Assembly: GCA_032718475.1 (NCBI GenBank)
Contig: JAUCBJ010008265.1
Span: 1-48,247, forward strand
Reading direction: 5' to 3'
Source of the DNA: Nemertoderma westbladi
Taxonomy: Eukaryota > Animalia > Xenacoelomorpha
Length of the DNA: 48,247 nucleotides
The notes beneath the pieces are model-generated. The model was not told where the DNA came from and did no database searches. It worked only from the letters and a program-made list of their open reading frames with translations. Made by a program: the position numbers and the translations under genes. Below are positions 13,701 through 28,700 of this stretch, piece by piece. The first letter of the stretch is position 1; every line of letters begins with the position of its first letter.

Positions 13701-16700
13701 TGTAAACTCTAGTTGAATTATTGGCGAAAAAATTTTAGTTTTACTATAATTTGTAAAAATCTGGGCTTTAGCCCAGGAACAAAATATTATTTCCCCAATC
13801 CCCTAACAGAAGAATTGGGAATTGAAACCAGAAAACTAACTGAGACCGAGTTAGGGTATACCGAGAGGGTTTGAGGGAAAACGCCGATATAGGTACCCCA
13901 CAATACCCCCCCTATTACCTGTCTAAAAAAAAAATTCAGCCCGATCCGACCGGCGGTTCTCGAGTTATAAGCGAAACGAGATTTTCGACGTTTGAATTTC
14001 CCGCCAAAAACGCCCATGAGCTACAGCCAAAACGGCGATAGCTACGGACACGGGACCGACGCCGATCGCTTCGGGGCATACGATTTGCCCACAAAGATAC
14101 ATTTTCAGAAACGCCGGTCGAATTTAAGGGTGGCGCACGGACCGCGGCGCGCGCCGCAACGGCGCATCGGCCCGGCGCGACTAGAAGGAGTGGGAATTTC
14201 GTAAAAGTGTGAAAGTAAAAAATGTTCCTTACCCCCGAATTATGGTTGACGGAGCCAATAAAAAATACAAAAAAGTTAATTCTAGGGGGCGTACCGGACC
14301 GTCGAAGGTTTCCGATTGGTCGATCGCGTTTTCGTCGATTTCGGCGGGAAGGAAGGGAATAAAGTAAAAACATGTACAAGCGATATGGTAGGGACAGGGG
14401 TCCCCTATCCAACGGAAGCGGTCCCGATGACGCGCTGTAAGTAGTTCTCGAGATATTGACAGAAGTACCGAGTCTTCAGAAAAATGCACTAATTAGCAAT
14501 TAGCGCTAATTAAGTGTTAATTAAAAATAAATTGGCGAAACTAACGATGCCAATCGATGTAAATCCATGAGAGGAACTTGCCAATTTTTTAAATTTCGAA
14601 AAAGACCCAAGAATAGCCGAGTTATTCAACTTTTTGTAAAATTGAGGTCTTTGTCGCCAAGGCGCGTCAGGGCCTCGAATGGCCGCCGATCCAATATTTG
14701 CTATTATTGAGAAAAAAAGGGAATACGAGGTATATTGATAAAATTTTCGACCTAGAGCGCCGCGTACAAGTAATATTATATGAAATATAGTCCTTTTAAT
14801 CAATTTAGGGTATTTGCTCTAATTATGTCATTTTATAGTCCTTTTTAACCAAAAGTAAAACTGTAAGCTGTTCTATTGACTTTAGTTTATTGTTTTGGTT
14901 AGAATAACGTGTCTCTGTAACCTGCTCCTTTCCTCTTTATTAATCCATTTAGGGTATATTCTCTATTCTATGTTATCCTAATGATCTGCGAATATGTAAC
15001 ATACTTAGTGAAAATGTGCCAAAGTTGAATACAGTATTTTTAGAACTAAACCTTGATTCTTTTTATAAATGCTATAAACTCGGACAGTTGAAAACTGTTG
15101 TTCACCCAGCCATGGAGTGGCTGGGTGAACAACCAAACAATTATATTCGGAGCGCTTTTCCCCCCTGGAAAAAATGCGGGGGGAGGGTGGGTATCAGTAA
15201 CAACAAGTTAGATTCGATTATCATATATAATAATTAATAATTCAAGTTAGCTATAATTAATTAATAGGCCTACATATTCTACTTATACTGAGATTTACTT
15301 CGAGACTGTTCCCAATTCTCTCTCTCATCTTCATATTTTTTTCAAGTCAAATCTCGAACGTCACCGTACGTGTACAAATAGCGTATCTTTACGTCTCTCT
15401 TCTTCTTCTTCTTCTCCTCCTCGTCTCGTCTCGTATCTTCTCTTGGATTTATCATCCGCTCTCTTTCTCATCGTATTTACTATTCTCCTCTTCTATTCTA
15501 TTATTATTCTCTTAATTTATTCTCTATCTCTATCTCTATTACTCTACATACACTATTACTATTCCCCCGCGATGACTAAAATTTTTAAGATGTAAACTCT
15601 AGTTGTATTATTGGCGAAAAAATTTTAGTTTTACTAATAATTTGTAAAAATTTGGGCTTTAGCCCAGGAACAAATTATTATTTCCCCAATCCCCTAACAG
15701 AAGAATTGGGGTGGGTACCAGAAATGTATACTGAGACCGAGATAGGGTATACCCAGAGGGTTTGAGGGAAAACGCCGATATAGGTACCCCACAATACCCC
15801 CCCTATTACCTGTCTAAAAAAAAAATTCGGCCCGATCCGACCGGCGGTTCTCGAGTTATAAGCGAAACAAGATTTTCAACGTTTGAATTTCCCGCCAAAA
15901 ACACTGATGAGCTACAGCCAAAACGGCGATAGCTACGGACACGGGACCAACGGCGATCGCTTCGGGGCGTGCGATTTGCTCACAAAGATACATTTTCAGA
16001 AACGCCGGTCGAATTTAAGAGTGGCGCACGGACCGCGGCGCGCGCCGCAACGGCGCATCGGCCCGGCACGACTAGAAGGAGTGGGAATTTCGTAAAAGTG
16101 TCAAAGTAAAAAATGTTCCTTACCCCCGAATTATGGTTGACGGAGCCAATAAAAAATACAAAAAAGTTAATTCTAGGGGGCGTACCGGACCGTCGAAGGT
16201 TTCCGATTGGTCGATCGCGTTTTCGTCGATTTCGGCGGGAAGGAAGCGAATAAAGTAAAAACATGTACAAGCGATATGGTAGGGACGGGGGTCCCCTATC
16301 CAACGCAAGCGGTCCCGATGTCGCGCTGTAAGTAGTTCTCGAGATATTGACAGAAGTACCGAGTCTACAGAAAAATGCACTAATTAGCAATTAGCGCTAA
16401 TTAAGAGTTAATTAAAAATAAATTGACGAAACTAACGATGCCAATCGATGTAAATCCATGAAAGAAACACGCCAATTTTTTAAATTTCGAAAAAGACCCA
16501 AGAATAGCCGAGTTATTCAACTTTTTGTAAAATTGAGGTCTTTGTCGCCAAGGCGCGTCAGGGCCTCGAATGGCCGCCGATCCAATATTTGCAATTATTG
16601 AGAAAAAAAGGGAATACGAGGTATATTGATAAAATTTTCGACCTAGAGGGCCGCGTACAAGTAATATTATATGAAATATAGTCCTTTTAATCAATTTAGG

Positions 16701-19700
16701 GTATTTGCTCTAATTATGTCATTTTATAGTACTTTTTAACCAAAAGTAAAACTGTAAGCTGTTCTATTGACTTTAGTTTATTGTTTTGGTTAGAATAACG
16801 TGTCTCTGTAACCTGCTCCTTTCCTCTCTATTAATCCATTTAGGGTATATTCTCTATTCTATGTTATCCTAATGATCTGCGTATATGTAACATACTTAGT
16901 GAAAATGTGCCAAAGTTGAATACAGTATTTTTAGAACTAAACCTTGATTCTTTTTATAAATGCTATAAACTCGGACAGTTGAAAACTGTTGTTCACCCAG
17001 CCATGGAGCGGCTGGGTGAACAACCAAACAATTATATTCGGACCACTTTTCCCCCCTGGAAAAAATGTGGGGGGAGGGTGGGGGTATCAGTAACAACAAC
17101 AAACATCTTTGTTTTATAACTCGAGGTATTCAAAAGTTCTATTGGATCATCGTATAAAATAATGAATAATTCAAGGTAAGCGATAATTAATTAATTCATC
17201 TCCTTATACTGCGATTTACTTCGAGACTGTTCCCAATTCTCTTTCTCATCTTCATATTTTTTTTAAGTCAAGACTTAAACATCACCGTACGTGTAAAATA
17301 GCATCACTTTACGTCGCTCTTCTTCTTCTTCTTCTCCTCCTGGTCTCGTCTCGTCTCGTATCTTCTCTTTGATTTGTGATCCGCTCTCTTTCTCATCGTA
17401 TTTACTATTCTCCTCTTCTCTTCTATTATTATTCTCTTAATTTCTTCTCTCCCTATCTCTCTATTACTCTACACTATTACTATTGATTCCCCCGCCCGCG
17501 ATGACTAAAATTTTTAAAATTGATAAACCACTGGTTGAATTATTGGCGAAAAAATTTTAGTTTTACTATAATTTGTAAAAATCTGGGCTTTAGCCCAGGA
17601 ACAAATTATTATTTCCCCAATCCCCTAACAGAAGAATTGGGAATTGAAACCAGAAAACTAACTGAGACCGAGTTAGGGTATACCGAGAGGGTTTGAGGGA
17701 AAACGCCGATATAGGTACCCCACAATATCCCCCCTATTACCTGTCTAAAAAAAAAATTCGGCCCGATCCGACCGGCGGTTCTCGAGTTATAAGCGAAACA
17801 AGATTTTCGACGTTTGAATTTCCCGCCAAAAACACCAATGAGCTACAGCCAAAACGGCGATAGCTACGGACACGGGACCGACGCCGATCGCTTCGGGGCA
17901 TACGATTTGCCCACAAAGATACATTTTCAGAAACGCCGGTCGAATTTAAGGGTGGCGCACGGACCGCGGCGCGCGCCGCAACGGCGCATCGGCCCGGCGC
18001 GACTAGAAGGAGTGGGAATTTCGTAAAAGTGTGAAAGTAAAAAATGTTCCTTACCCCCGAATTATGGTTGACGGAGCCAATAAAAAATACAAAAAAGTTA
18101 ATTCTAGGGGGCGTACCGGACCGTCGAAGGTTTCCGATTGGTCGATCGCGTTTTCGTCGATTTCGGTGGGAAGGAAGCGAATAAAGTAAAAACATGTACA
18201 AGCGATATGGTAGGGACGGGGGTCCCCTATCCAACGGAAGCGGTCCCGATGTCGCGCTGTAAGTAGTTCTCGAGATATTGACAGAAGTAACGAGTCTACA
18301 GAAAAATGCACTAATTAGCAATTAGCGTTAATTAAGAGTTAATTAAAAATAAATTGGCGAAACTAACGATGTCAATCGATGTAAATCCATGAGAGAAACT
18401 TGCCAATTTTTTAAATTTCCAAAAAGACCCAAGAATAGCCGAGTTATTCAACTTTTTGTAAAATTGAGGTCTTTGTCGCCAAGGCGCGTCAGGGCCTCGA
18501 ATGGCCGCTGATCCAATATTTGCTATTATTGAGAAAAAAAGGGAATACGAGGTATATTGATAAAATTTTCGACCTAGAGCGCCGCGTACAAGTAATATTA
18601 TATGAAATATAGTCCTTTTAATCAATTTAGGGTATTTGCTCTAATTATGTCATTTTATAGTCCTTTTTAACCAAAAGTAAAACTGTAAGCTGTTCTATTG
18701 ACTTTAGTTTATTGTTTTGGTTAGAATAACGTGTCTCTGTAACCTGCTCCTTTCCTCTCTATTAATCCATTTAGGGTATATTCTCTATTCTATGTTATCC
18801 TAATGATCTGTGTATATGTAACATACTTAGTGGAAATGTGCCAAAGTTGAATACAGTATTTTTAGAACTAAACCTTGATTCTTTTTATAAATGCTATAAA
18901 CTCGGACAGTTGAAAACTGTTGTTCACCCAGCCATGGAGTGGCTGGGTGAACAACCAAACAATTATATTCGGAGCACTTTTCCCCCCTGGAAAAAATGCG
19001 GGGGGAGGGTGGGTATCAGTAACAACAACAAACATCTTTGTTTTATAACTCGCGGTATTCAAAAGTTCTATGGGATCATCATATATAATAATTAATAATT
19101 TGAGTTAAGCGATAATTAATTAATACATCTTATACTGAGATTTACTTCGAGACTGTTCCCAATTCTCTCTCTCATCTTCATATTTTTTTAAAGTCAAGAC
19201 TTAAACATCACCGTACGTGTAAAAATAGCGTCTCTTTACGTCGCTCTTCTTCTTCTTCTCCTCCTCGTCTCGTCTCGTCTCGTCTCATATCTTCTCTTGG
19301 ATTTGTGATCCGCTCTCTTTCTCATCGTATTTACTATTCTCCTCTTCTATTCTATTATTATTCTCTTAATTTATTCTCTATCTCTATCTCTATTACTCTA
19401 CATACACTATTACTATTCCCCCGCGATGACTAAAATTTTAAAGATGTAAACTCTAGTTGAATTATTGCTGAAAAAATTTTAGTTTTACTAATAATTTGTA
19501 AAAATCTGGGCTTTAGCCCAGGAACAAAATATTATTTCCGCAATCCCCTCACAGATGAATTGGGAAAAGTACCAGAAACGGGGATGAGACCGAGTTAGGG
19601 TATACCGAGAGGGTTTGAGGGAAAACGCCGATATAGGTACCCCACAATACCCCCCCTATTAGTTGTCTAAAAAAAAATTTCGGCCCGATCCGACCGGCGG

Positions 19701-22700
19701 TTCTCGAGTTATAAGCGAAACAAGATTTTCGACGTTTGAATTTCCCGCCAAAAACACCGATGAGCTACAGCCAAAACGGCGATAGCTACGGACACGGGAC
19801 CAACGGCGATCGCTTCGGGGCGTACGATTTGCCCACAAAGATACATTTTCAGAAACGCCGGTCGAATTTAAGGGTGGCGCACGGACCGCGGCGCGCGCCG
19901 CAACGGCGCATCGGCCCGGCGCGACTAGAAGGAGTGGGAATTTCGTAAAAGTGTGAAAGTAAAAAATGTTCCTTACCCCCGAATTATGGTTGACGGAGCC
20001 AATAAAAAATACAAAAAAGTTAATTCTAGGGGGCGTACCGGACCGTCGAAGGTTTCCGATTAGTCGATCGCGTTTTCGTCGATTTCGGCGGGAAGGAAGG
20101 GAATAAAGTAAAAACATGTACAAGCGATATGGTAGGGACGGGGGTCCCCTATCCAACGGAAGCGGTCCCGATGACGCGCTGTAAGTAGTTCTCGAGATAT
20201 TGACAGAAGTACCGAGTCTTCAGAAAAATGCACTAATTAGCAATTAGCGCTAATTAAGTGTTAATTAAAAATAAATTGGCGAAACTAACGATGCCAATCG
20301 ATGTAAATCCATGAGAGGAACTTGCCAATTCTTTAAATTTCGAAAAAGACCCAAGAATAGCCGAGTTATTCAACTTTTTGTAAAATTGAGGTCTTTGTCG
20401 CCAAGGCGCGTCAGGGCCTCGAATGGCCGCCGATCCAATATTTGCTATTATTGAGAAAAAAAGGGAATACAAGGTATATTGATAAAATTTTCGACCTAGA
20501 GCGCCGCGTACAAGTAATATTATATGAAATATAGTCCTTTTAATCAATTTAGGGTATTTGGTCTAATTATGTCATTTTATAGTCCTTTTTAATCCATTTA
20601 GGGTATATTCTCTATTCTATGTCATCCTAATGATCTGCGTATATGTAACATACTTAGTGAAAATGTCCCGAAGTTGAATACAGTATTTTTAGAACTAAAT
20701 CTTGATTATTTTTATAAATACTATAAACTCGGACAGTTGTAAACTGTTGTTCACCCAGCCATGGAGTGGCTGGGTGAACAACCAAACAATTATATTCGGA
20801 GCGCTTTCCCTCCCTGGAAAAAATGCGGGGGGAGGGTGGGTATCAGTAACAACAAGTTCGATTCGATCATATAATAATTCAAGTTAGCTATAATTAATTA
20901 ATAGGCCTATATCTACTTATACTGAGATTTACTTCGAGACAATTCCCAAATCTCTCTCTCATCTTCATATTTTTTTTAAGTCAAATCTCGAATATCACCG
21001 TACGTGTAAAAATAACGTCTCTTTACGTCGCTCTTCTTCTTCTTCTCCTCCTCGCCTCGTCTCGTCTCGTCTCGTATCTTCTCTTGGATTTGTCATCCGC
21101 TCTCATTCACATGGTATTTACTATTCTCCTCTTCTCTTCTATTATTATTCTCTTAATTTATTCTTTATCTCTATCTCTATTACCCTACACTATTACTATT
21201 CCCCCGCGATGACTAAAATTTTAAAGATGTAAACTCTAGTTGAATTATTGGCGAAAAAATTTTAGTTTTACTATAATTTGTAAAAATCTGGGCTTTAGCC
21301 CAGGAACAAATTATTATTTCCCCAATCCCCTAACAGAAGAATTGGGAATTGAAACCAGAAAACTAACTGAGACCGAGATAGGGTATACCGAGAGGGTTTG
21401 AGGGAAAACGCCGATATAGGTACCCCACAATACCCCCCCTATTACCTGTCTAAAAAAAAAATTCAGCCCGATCCGACCGGCGGTTCTCGAGTTATAAGCG
21501 AAACGAGATTTTCGACGTTTGAATTTCCCGCCAAAAACACCGATGAGCTACAGCCAAAACGGCGATAGCTACGGACACGGGACCAACGGCGATCGCTTCG
21601 GGGCATACGATTTGCCCACAAAGATACATTTTCAGAAACGCCGGTCGAATTTAAGGGTGGCGCACGGACCGCGGCGCGCGCCGCAACGGCGCATCGGCCC
21701 GGCGCGACTAGAAGGAGTGGGAATTTCGTAAAAGTGTCAAAGTAAAAAATGTTCCTTACCCCCGAATTATGGTTGACGGAGCCAATAAAAAATACAAAAA
21801 AGTTAATTCTAGGGGGCGTACCGGACCGTCGAAGGTTTCCGATTGGTCGATCGCGTTTTCGTCGATTTCGGTGGGAAGGAAGCGAATAAAGTAAAAACAT
21901 GTACAAGCGATATGGTAGGGACGGGGGTTCCCTATCCAACGGAAGCGGTCCCGATGACGCGCTGTAAGTAGTTCTCGAGATATTGACAGAAGTACCGAGT
22001 CTACAGAAAAATGCACTAATTAGCAATTAGCGCTAATTAAGTGTTAATTAAAAATAAATTGGCGAAACTAACGATGCCAATCGATGTAAATCCATGAAAG
22101 GAACACGCCAATTTTTTAAATTTCCAAAAAGACCCAAGAATAGCCGAGTTATTCAACTTTTTGTAAAATTGAGGTCTTTGTCGCCAAGGCGCGTCAGGGC
22201 CTCGAATGGCCGCCGATCCAATATTTGCTATTATTGAGAAAAAAAGGGAATACGAGGTATATTGATAAAATTTTCGACCTAGAGCGCCGCGTACAAGTAA
22301 TATTATATGAAATATAGTCCTTTTAATTAATTTAGGGTATTTGCTCTAATTATGTCATTTTATAGTCCTTTTTAACCAAAAGTAAAACTGTAAGCTGTTC
22401 TATTGACTTTAGTTTATTGTTTTGGTTAGAATAACGTGTCTCTGTAACCTGCTCCTTTCCTCTCTATTAATATATTTAGGGTATATTCCTATTCTATGTT
22501 ATCCTAATGATCTGTGTATATGTAACATACTTAGTGAAAATGTGCCAAAGTTGAATACAGTATTTTTAGAACTAAACCTTGATTCTTTTTATAAATGCCA
22601 GAAACTCGGACAGTTGAAAACTGTTGTTCACCCAGCCATGGAGTGGCTGGGTGAACAACCAAACAATTATATTTGGAGCGCTTTTCCCCCCTGGAAAAAA

Positions 22701-25700
22701 TGCGGGGGGAGGGTGGGTATCAGTAACAACAACAAACATCTTTGTTTTATAACTCGCGGTATTCAAAAGTTCTATGGGATCATCGTATATAATAATTAAT
22801 AATTTGAGTTAAGCGATAATTAATTAATACATCTTATACTGAGATTTACTTCGAGACTGTTCCCAATTCTCTCTCTCATCTTCATATTTTTTTCAAGTCA
22901 AATCTCGAACGTCACCGTACGTGTAAAAATAGCGTCTCTTTACGTCGCTCTTCTTCTTCTTCTCCTCCTCGTCTCGTCTCGTCTCGTCTCGTATCTTCTC
23001 TTGGATTTGTCATCCGCTCTCTTTCTCATCGTATTTACTATTCTCCTCTTCTATTCTATTATTATTCTCTTAATTTATTCTCCTCTATCTCTATTATTCT
23101 ACATACACTATTACTATTCCCCCGCGATGACTAAAATTTTTAAGATGTTAACTCTAGTTGAATTATTGGCGAAAAAATTTTAGTTTTACTATAATTTGTA
23201 AAAATCTGGGCTTTAGCCCAGGAACAAATTATTATTTCCCCAATCCCCTAACAGAAGAATTGGGAATTGAAACCAGAAAACTAACTGAGACCGAGATAGG
23301 GTATACCGAGAGGGTTTGAGGGAAAACGCCGATATAGGTACCCCACAATACCCCCCCTATTACCTGTCTAAAAAAAAAATTCAGCCCGATCCGACCGGCG
23401 GTTCTCGAGTTATAAGCGAAACGAGATTTTCGACGTTTGAATTTCCCGCCAAAAACACCGATGAGCTACAGCCAAAACGGCGATAGCTACGGACACGGGA
23501 CCGACGGCGATCGCTTCGGGGCGTACGATTTGCTCACAAAGATACATTTTCAGAAACGCCGGTCGAATTTAAGGGTGGCGCACGGACCGCGGCGCGCGCC
23601 GCAACGGCGCATCGGCCCGGCGCGACTAGAAGGAGTGGGAATTTCGTAAAAGTATCAAAGTAAAAAATGTTCCTTACCCCCGAATTATGGTTGACGGAGC
23701 CAATAAAAAATAGAAAAAAGTTAATTCTAGGGGGCGTAACGGACCGTCGAAGGTTTCCGATTGGTCAATCGCGTTTTCGTCGATTTCGGCGGGAAGGAAG
23801 CGAATAAAGTAAAAACATGTACAAGCGATATGGTAGGGACGGGGGTCCCCTATCCAACGCAAGCGGTCCCAATGTCGTGCTGTAAGTAGTTCTCGAGATA
23901 TTGACAGAAGTACCGAGTCTACATAAAAATGCACTAATTAGCAATTAGCGCTAATTAAGAGTTAATTAAAAATAAATTGGCGAAAGTAACGATGCCAATC
24001 GATGTAAATCCATGAGAGGAACACGTCAATTTTTTAAATTTCGAAAAAGACCCAAGAATAGCCGAGTTATTCAACTTTTTGTAAAATTGAGGTCTTTGTC
24101 GCCAAGGCGCGTCAGGGCCTCGAATGGCCGCCGATCCAATATTTGCTATTATTGAGAAAAAAAGGGAATACGAGGTATATTGATAAAATTTTCGACCTAG
24201 AGCGCCGCGTACAAGTAATATTATATGAAATATAGTCCTTTTAATCAATTTAGGATATTTGCTCTAATTATGTCATTTTATAGTACTTTTTAACCAAAAG
24301 TAAAACTGTAAGCTGTTCTATTGACTTTAGTTTATTGTTTTGGTTAGAATAACGTGTCTCTGTAACCTGCTCCTTTCCTCTTTATTAATCCATTTAGGGT
24401 ATATTCTCTATTCTATGTTATCCTAATGATCTGCGAATATGTAACATACTTAGTGAAAATGTGCCAAAGTTGAATAAAGTATTTTTAGAACTAAACCTTG
24501 ATTCTTTTTATAAATGCTATAAACTCGGACAGTTGAAAACTGTTGTTCACCCAGCCATGGAGTGGCTGGGTGAACAACCAAACAATTATATTCGGAGCGC
24601 TTTTCCCCCCTGGAAAAAATGCGGGGGGAGGGTGGGTATCAGTAACAACAAGTTAGATTCGATCATCATATATAATAATTAATAATTCAAGTTAGCTATA
24701 ATTAATTAATAGGCCTACATATTCTACTTATACTGAGATTTACTTCGAGACTGTTCCCAATTCTCTCTCTCATCTTCATATTTTTTTAAAGTCAAGACTT
24801 AAACATCACCGTACGTGTAAAAATAGCGTCTCTTTACGTCGCTCTTCTTCTTCTTCTTCTCCTCCTGGTCTCGTCTCATCTCGTATCTTCTCTTGGATTT
24901 GTGATCCGCTCTCTTTCTCATCGTATTTACTATTCTCCTCTTCTCTTCTATTATTATTCTCTTAATTTATTCTCCATCTCTATCTCTATTACTCTACACT
25001 ATTACTATTGATTCCCCCGCGATGACTAAAATTTTTAAGATGTAAACTCTAGTTGAATTATTGGCGAAAAAATTTTAGTTTTACTATAATTTGTAAAAAT
25101 CTGGGCTTTAGCCCAGGAACAAATTATTATTTCCCCAATCCCCTAACAGAAGAATTGGGAATTGAAACCAGAAAACTAACTGAGACCGAGATAGGGTATA
25201 CCGAGAGGGTTTGAGGGAAAACGCCGATATAGGTACCCCACAATACCCCCCCTATTACCTGTCTAAAAAAAAAATTCGGCCCGATCCGACCGGCGGTTCT
25301 CGAGTTATAAGCGAAACGAGATTTTCGACGTTTGAATTTCCCGCCAAAAACACCGATGAGCTACAGCCAAAACGGCGATAGCTACGGACACGGGACCAAC
25401 GGCGATCGCTTCGGGGCATACGATTTGCCCACAAAGATACATTTTCAGAAACGCCGGTCGAATTTAAGGGTGGCGCACGGACCGCGGCGCGCGCCGCAAC
25501 GGCGCATCGGCCCGGCGCGACTAGAAGGAGTGGGAATTTCGTAAAAGTGTCAAAGTAAAAAATGTTCCTTACCCCCGAATTATGGTTGACGGAGCCAATA
25601 AAAAATACAAAAAAGTTAATTCTAGGGGGCGTACCGGACCGTCGAAGGTTTCCGATTGGTCGATCGCGTTTTCGTCGATTTCGGTGGGAAGGAAGCGAAT

Positions 25701-28700
25701 AAAGTAAAAACATGTACAAGCGATATGGTAGGGACGGGGGTTCCCTATCCAACGGAAGCGGTCCCGATGACGCGCTGTAAGTAGTTCTCGAGATATTGAC
25801 AGAAGTACCGAGTCTACAGAAAAATGCACTAATTAGCAATTAGCGCTAATTAAGTGTTAATTAAAAATAAATTGGCGAAACTAACGATGCCAATCGATGT
25901 AAATCCATGAAAGGAACACGCCAATTTTTTAAATTTCCAAAAAGACCCAAGAATAGCCGAGTTATTCAACTTTTTGTAAAATTGAGGTCTTTGTCGCCAA
26001 GGCGCGTCAGGGCCTCGAATGGCCGCCGATCCAATATTTGCTATTATTGAGAAAAAAAGGGAATACGAGGTATATTGATAAAATTTTCGACCTAGAGCGC
26101 CGCGTACAAGTAATATTATATGAAATATAGTCCTTTTAATTAATTTAGGGTATTTGCTCTAATTATGTCATTTTATAGTCCTTTTTAACCAAAAGTAAAA
26201 CTGTAAGCTGTTCTATTGACTTTAGTTTATTGTTTTGGTTAGAATAACGTGTCTCTGTAACCTGCTCCTTTCCTCTCTATTAATATATTTAGGGTATATT
26301 CCTATTCTATGTTATCCTAATGATCTGTGTATATGTAACATACTTAGTGAAAATGTGCCAAAGTTGAATACAGTATTTTTAGAACTAAACCTTGATTCTT
26401 TTTATAAATGCCAGAAACTCGGACAGTTGAAAACTGTTGTTCACCCAGCCATGGAGTGGCTGGGTGAACAACCAAACAATTATATTTGGAGCGCTTTTCC
26501 CCCCTGGAAAAAATGCGGGGGGAGGGTGGGTATCAGTAACAACAACAAACATCTTTGTTTTATAACTCGCGGTATTCAAAAGTTCTATGGGATCATCGTA
26601 TATAATAATTAATAATTTGAGTTAAGCGATAATTAATTAATACATCTTATACTGAGATTTACTTCGAGACTGTTCCCAATTCTCTCTCTCATCTTCATAT
26701 TTTTTTCAAGTCAAATCTCGAACGTCACCGTACGTGTAAAAATAGCGTCTCTTTACGTCGCTCTTCTTCTTCTTCTCCTCCTCGTCTCGTCTCGTCTCGT
26801 CTCGTATCTTCTCTTGGATTTGTCATCCGCTCTCTTTCTCATCGTATTTACTATTCTCCTCTTCTATTCTATTATTATTCTCTTAATTTATTCTCCTCTA
26901 TCTCTATTATTCTACATACACTATTACTATTCCCCCGCGATGACTAAAATTTTTAAGATGTTAACTCTAGTTGAATTATTGGCGAAAAAATTTTAGTTTT
27001 ACTATAATTTGTAAAAATCTGGGCTTTAGCCCAGGAACAAATTATTATTTCCCCAATCCCCTAACAGAAGAATTGGGAATTGAAACCAGAAAACTAACTG
27101 AGACCGAGATAGGGTATACCGAGAGGGTTTGAGGGAAAACGCCGATATAGGTACCCCACAATACCCCCCCTATTACCTGTCTAAAAAAAAAATTCAGCCC
27201 GATCCGACCGGCGGTTCTCGAGTTATAAGCGAAACGAGATTTTCGACGTTTGAATTTCCCGCCAAAAACACCGATGAGCTACAGCCAAAACGGCGATAGC
27301 TACGGACACGGGACCAACGGCGATCGCTTCGGGGCATACGATTTGCCCACAAAGATACATTTTCAGAAACGCCGGTCGAATTTAAGGGTGGCGCACGGAC
27401 CGCGGCGCGCGCCGCAACGGCGCATCGGCACGGCGCGACTAGAAGGAGTGGGAATTTCGTAAAAGTGTGAAAGTAAAAAATGTTCCTTACCCCCGAATTA
27501 TGGTTGACGGAGCCAATAAAAAATACAAAAAAGTTAATTCTAGGGGGCGTACCGGACCGTCGAAGGTTTCCGATTGGTCGATCGCGTTTTCGTCGATTTC
27601 GGCGGGAAGGAAGCGAGTAATGTAAAAACATGTACAAGCGATATGGTAGGGACGGGGGTCCCCTATCCAACGCAAGCGGTCCCAATGTCGCGCTGTAAGT
27701 AGTTCTCGAGATATTGACAGAAGTACCGAGTCTACATAAAAATGCACTAATTAGCAATTAGCGCTAATTAAGAGTTAATTAAAAATAAATTGGCGAAAGT
27801 AAAGATGCCAATCGACGTAAATCCATGCGAGGAACACGCCAATTTTTTAAATTTCGAAAAAGACCCAGGAATAGCCGAGTTATTCAACTTTTTGTAAAAT
27901 TGAGGTCTTTGTCGCCAAGGCGCATCAGGGCCTCGAATGGCCGCCGATCCAATATTTGCTATTATTGAGAAAAAAAGGGAATACAAGGTATATTGATAAA
28001 ATTTTCGACCTAGAGCGCCGCGTACAAGTACTATTATATGAAATATAGTCCTTTTAGTGAATTTAGGGTATTTGCTCTAATTATGTCATTTTATAGTCCT
28101 TTTTAACCAAAAGTAAAACTGTAAGCTGTTCTATTGACTTTAGTTTATTGTTTTGGTTAGAATAACGTGTCTCTGTAACCTGCTCCTTTCCTCTCTATTA
28201 ATCCATTTAGGGTATATTCTCTATTCTATGTTATCCTAATGATCTGTGTATATGTAACATACTTAGTGAAAATGTGCCAAAGTTGAATACAGTATTTTTA
28301 GAACTAAACCTTGATTCTTTTTATAAATGCTATAAACTCGGACAGTTGAAAACTGTTGTTCACCCAGCCATGGAGTGGCTGGGTGAACAACCAAACAATT
28401 ATATTCGGAGCGCTTTTCCCCCCTGGAAAAAATGCGGGGGGAGGGTGGGTATCAGTAACAACAACAAACATCTTTGTTTTATAACTCGCGGTATTCAAAA
28501 GTTCTATGGGATCATCGTATATAATAATTAATAATTTGAGTTAAGCGATAATTAATTAATACATCTTATACTGAGATTTACTTCGAGACTGTTCCCAATT
28601 CTCTCTCTCATCTTCATATTTTTTTCAAGTCAAATCTCGAACGTCACCGTACGTGTAAAAATAGCGTCTCTTTACGTCGCTTCTCTTCTTCTTCTCCACG

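Noticed and set aside
15900-15940. Hammerhead ribozyme core CTGATGA
   Set aside because: Seen in only one unit (others read CCGATGA, CCAATGA or CCCATGA), with no correctly placed GAAA after a stem II.
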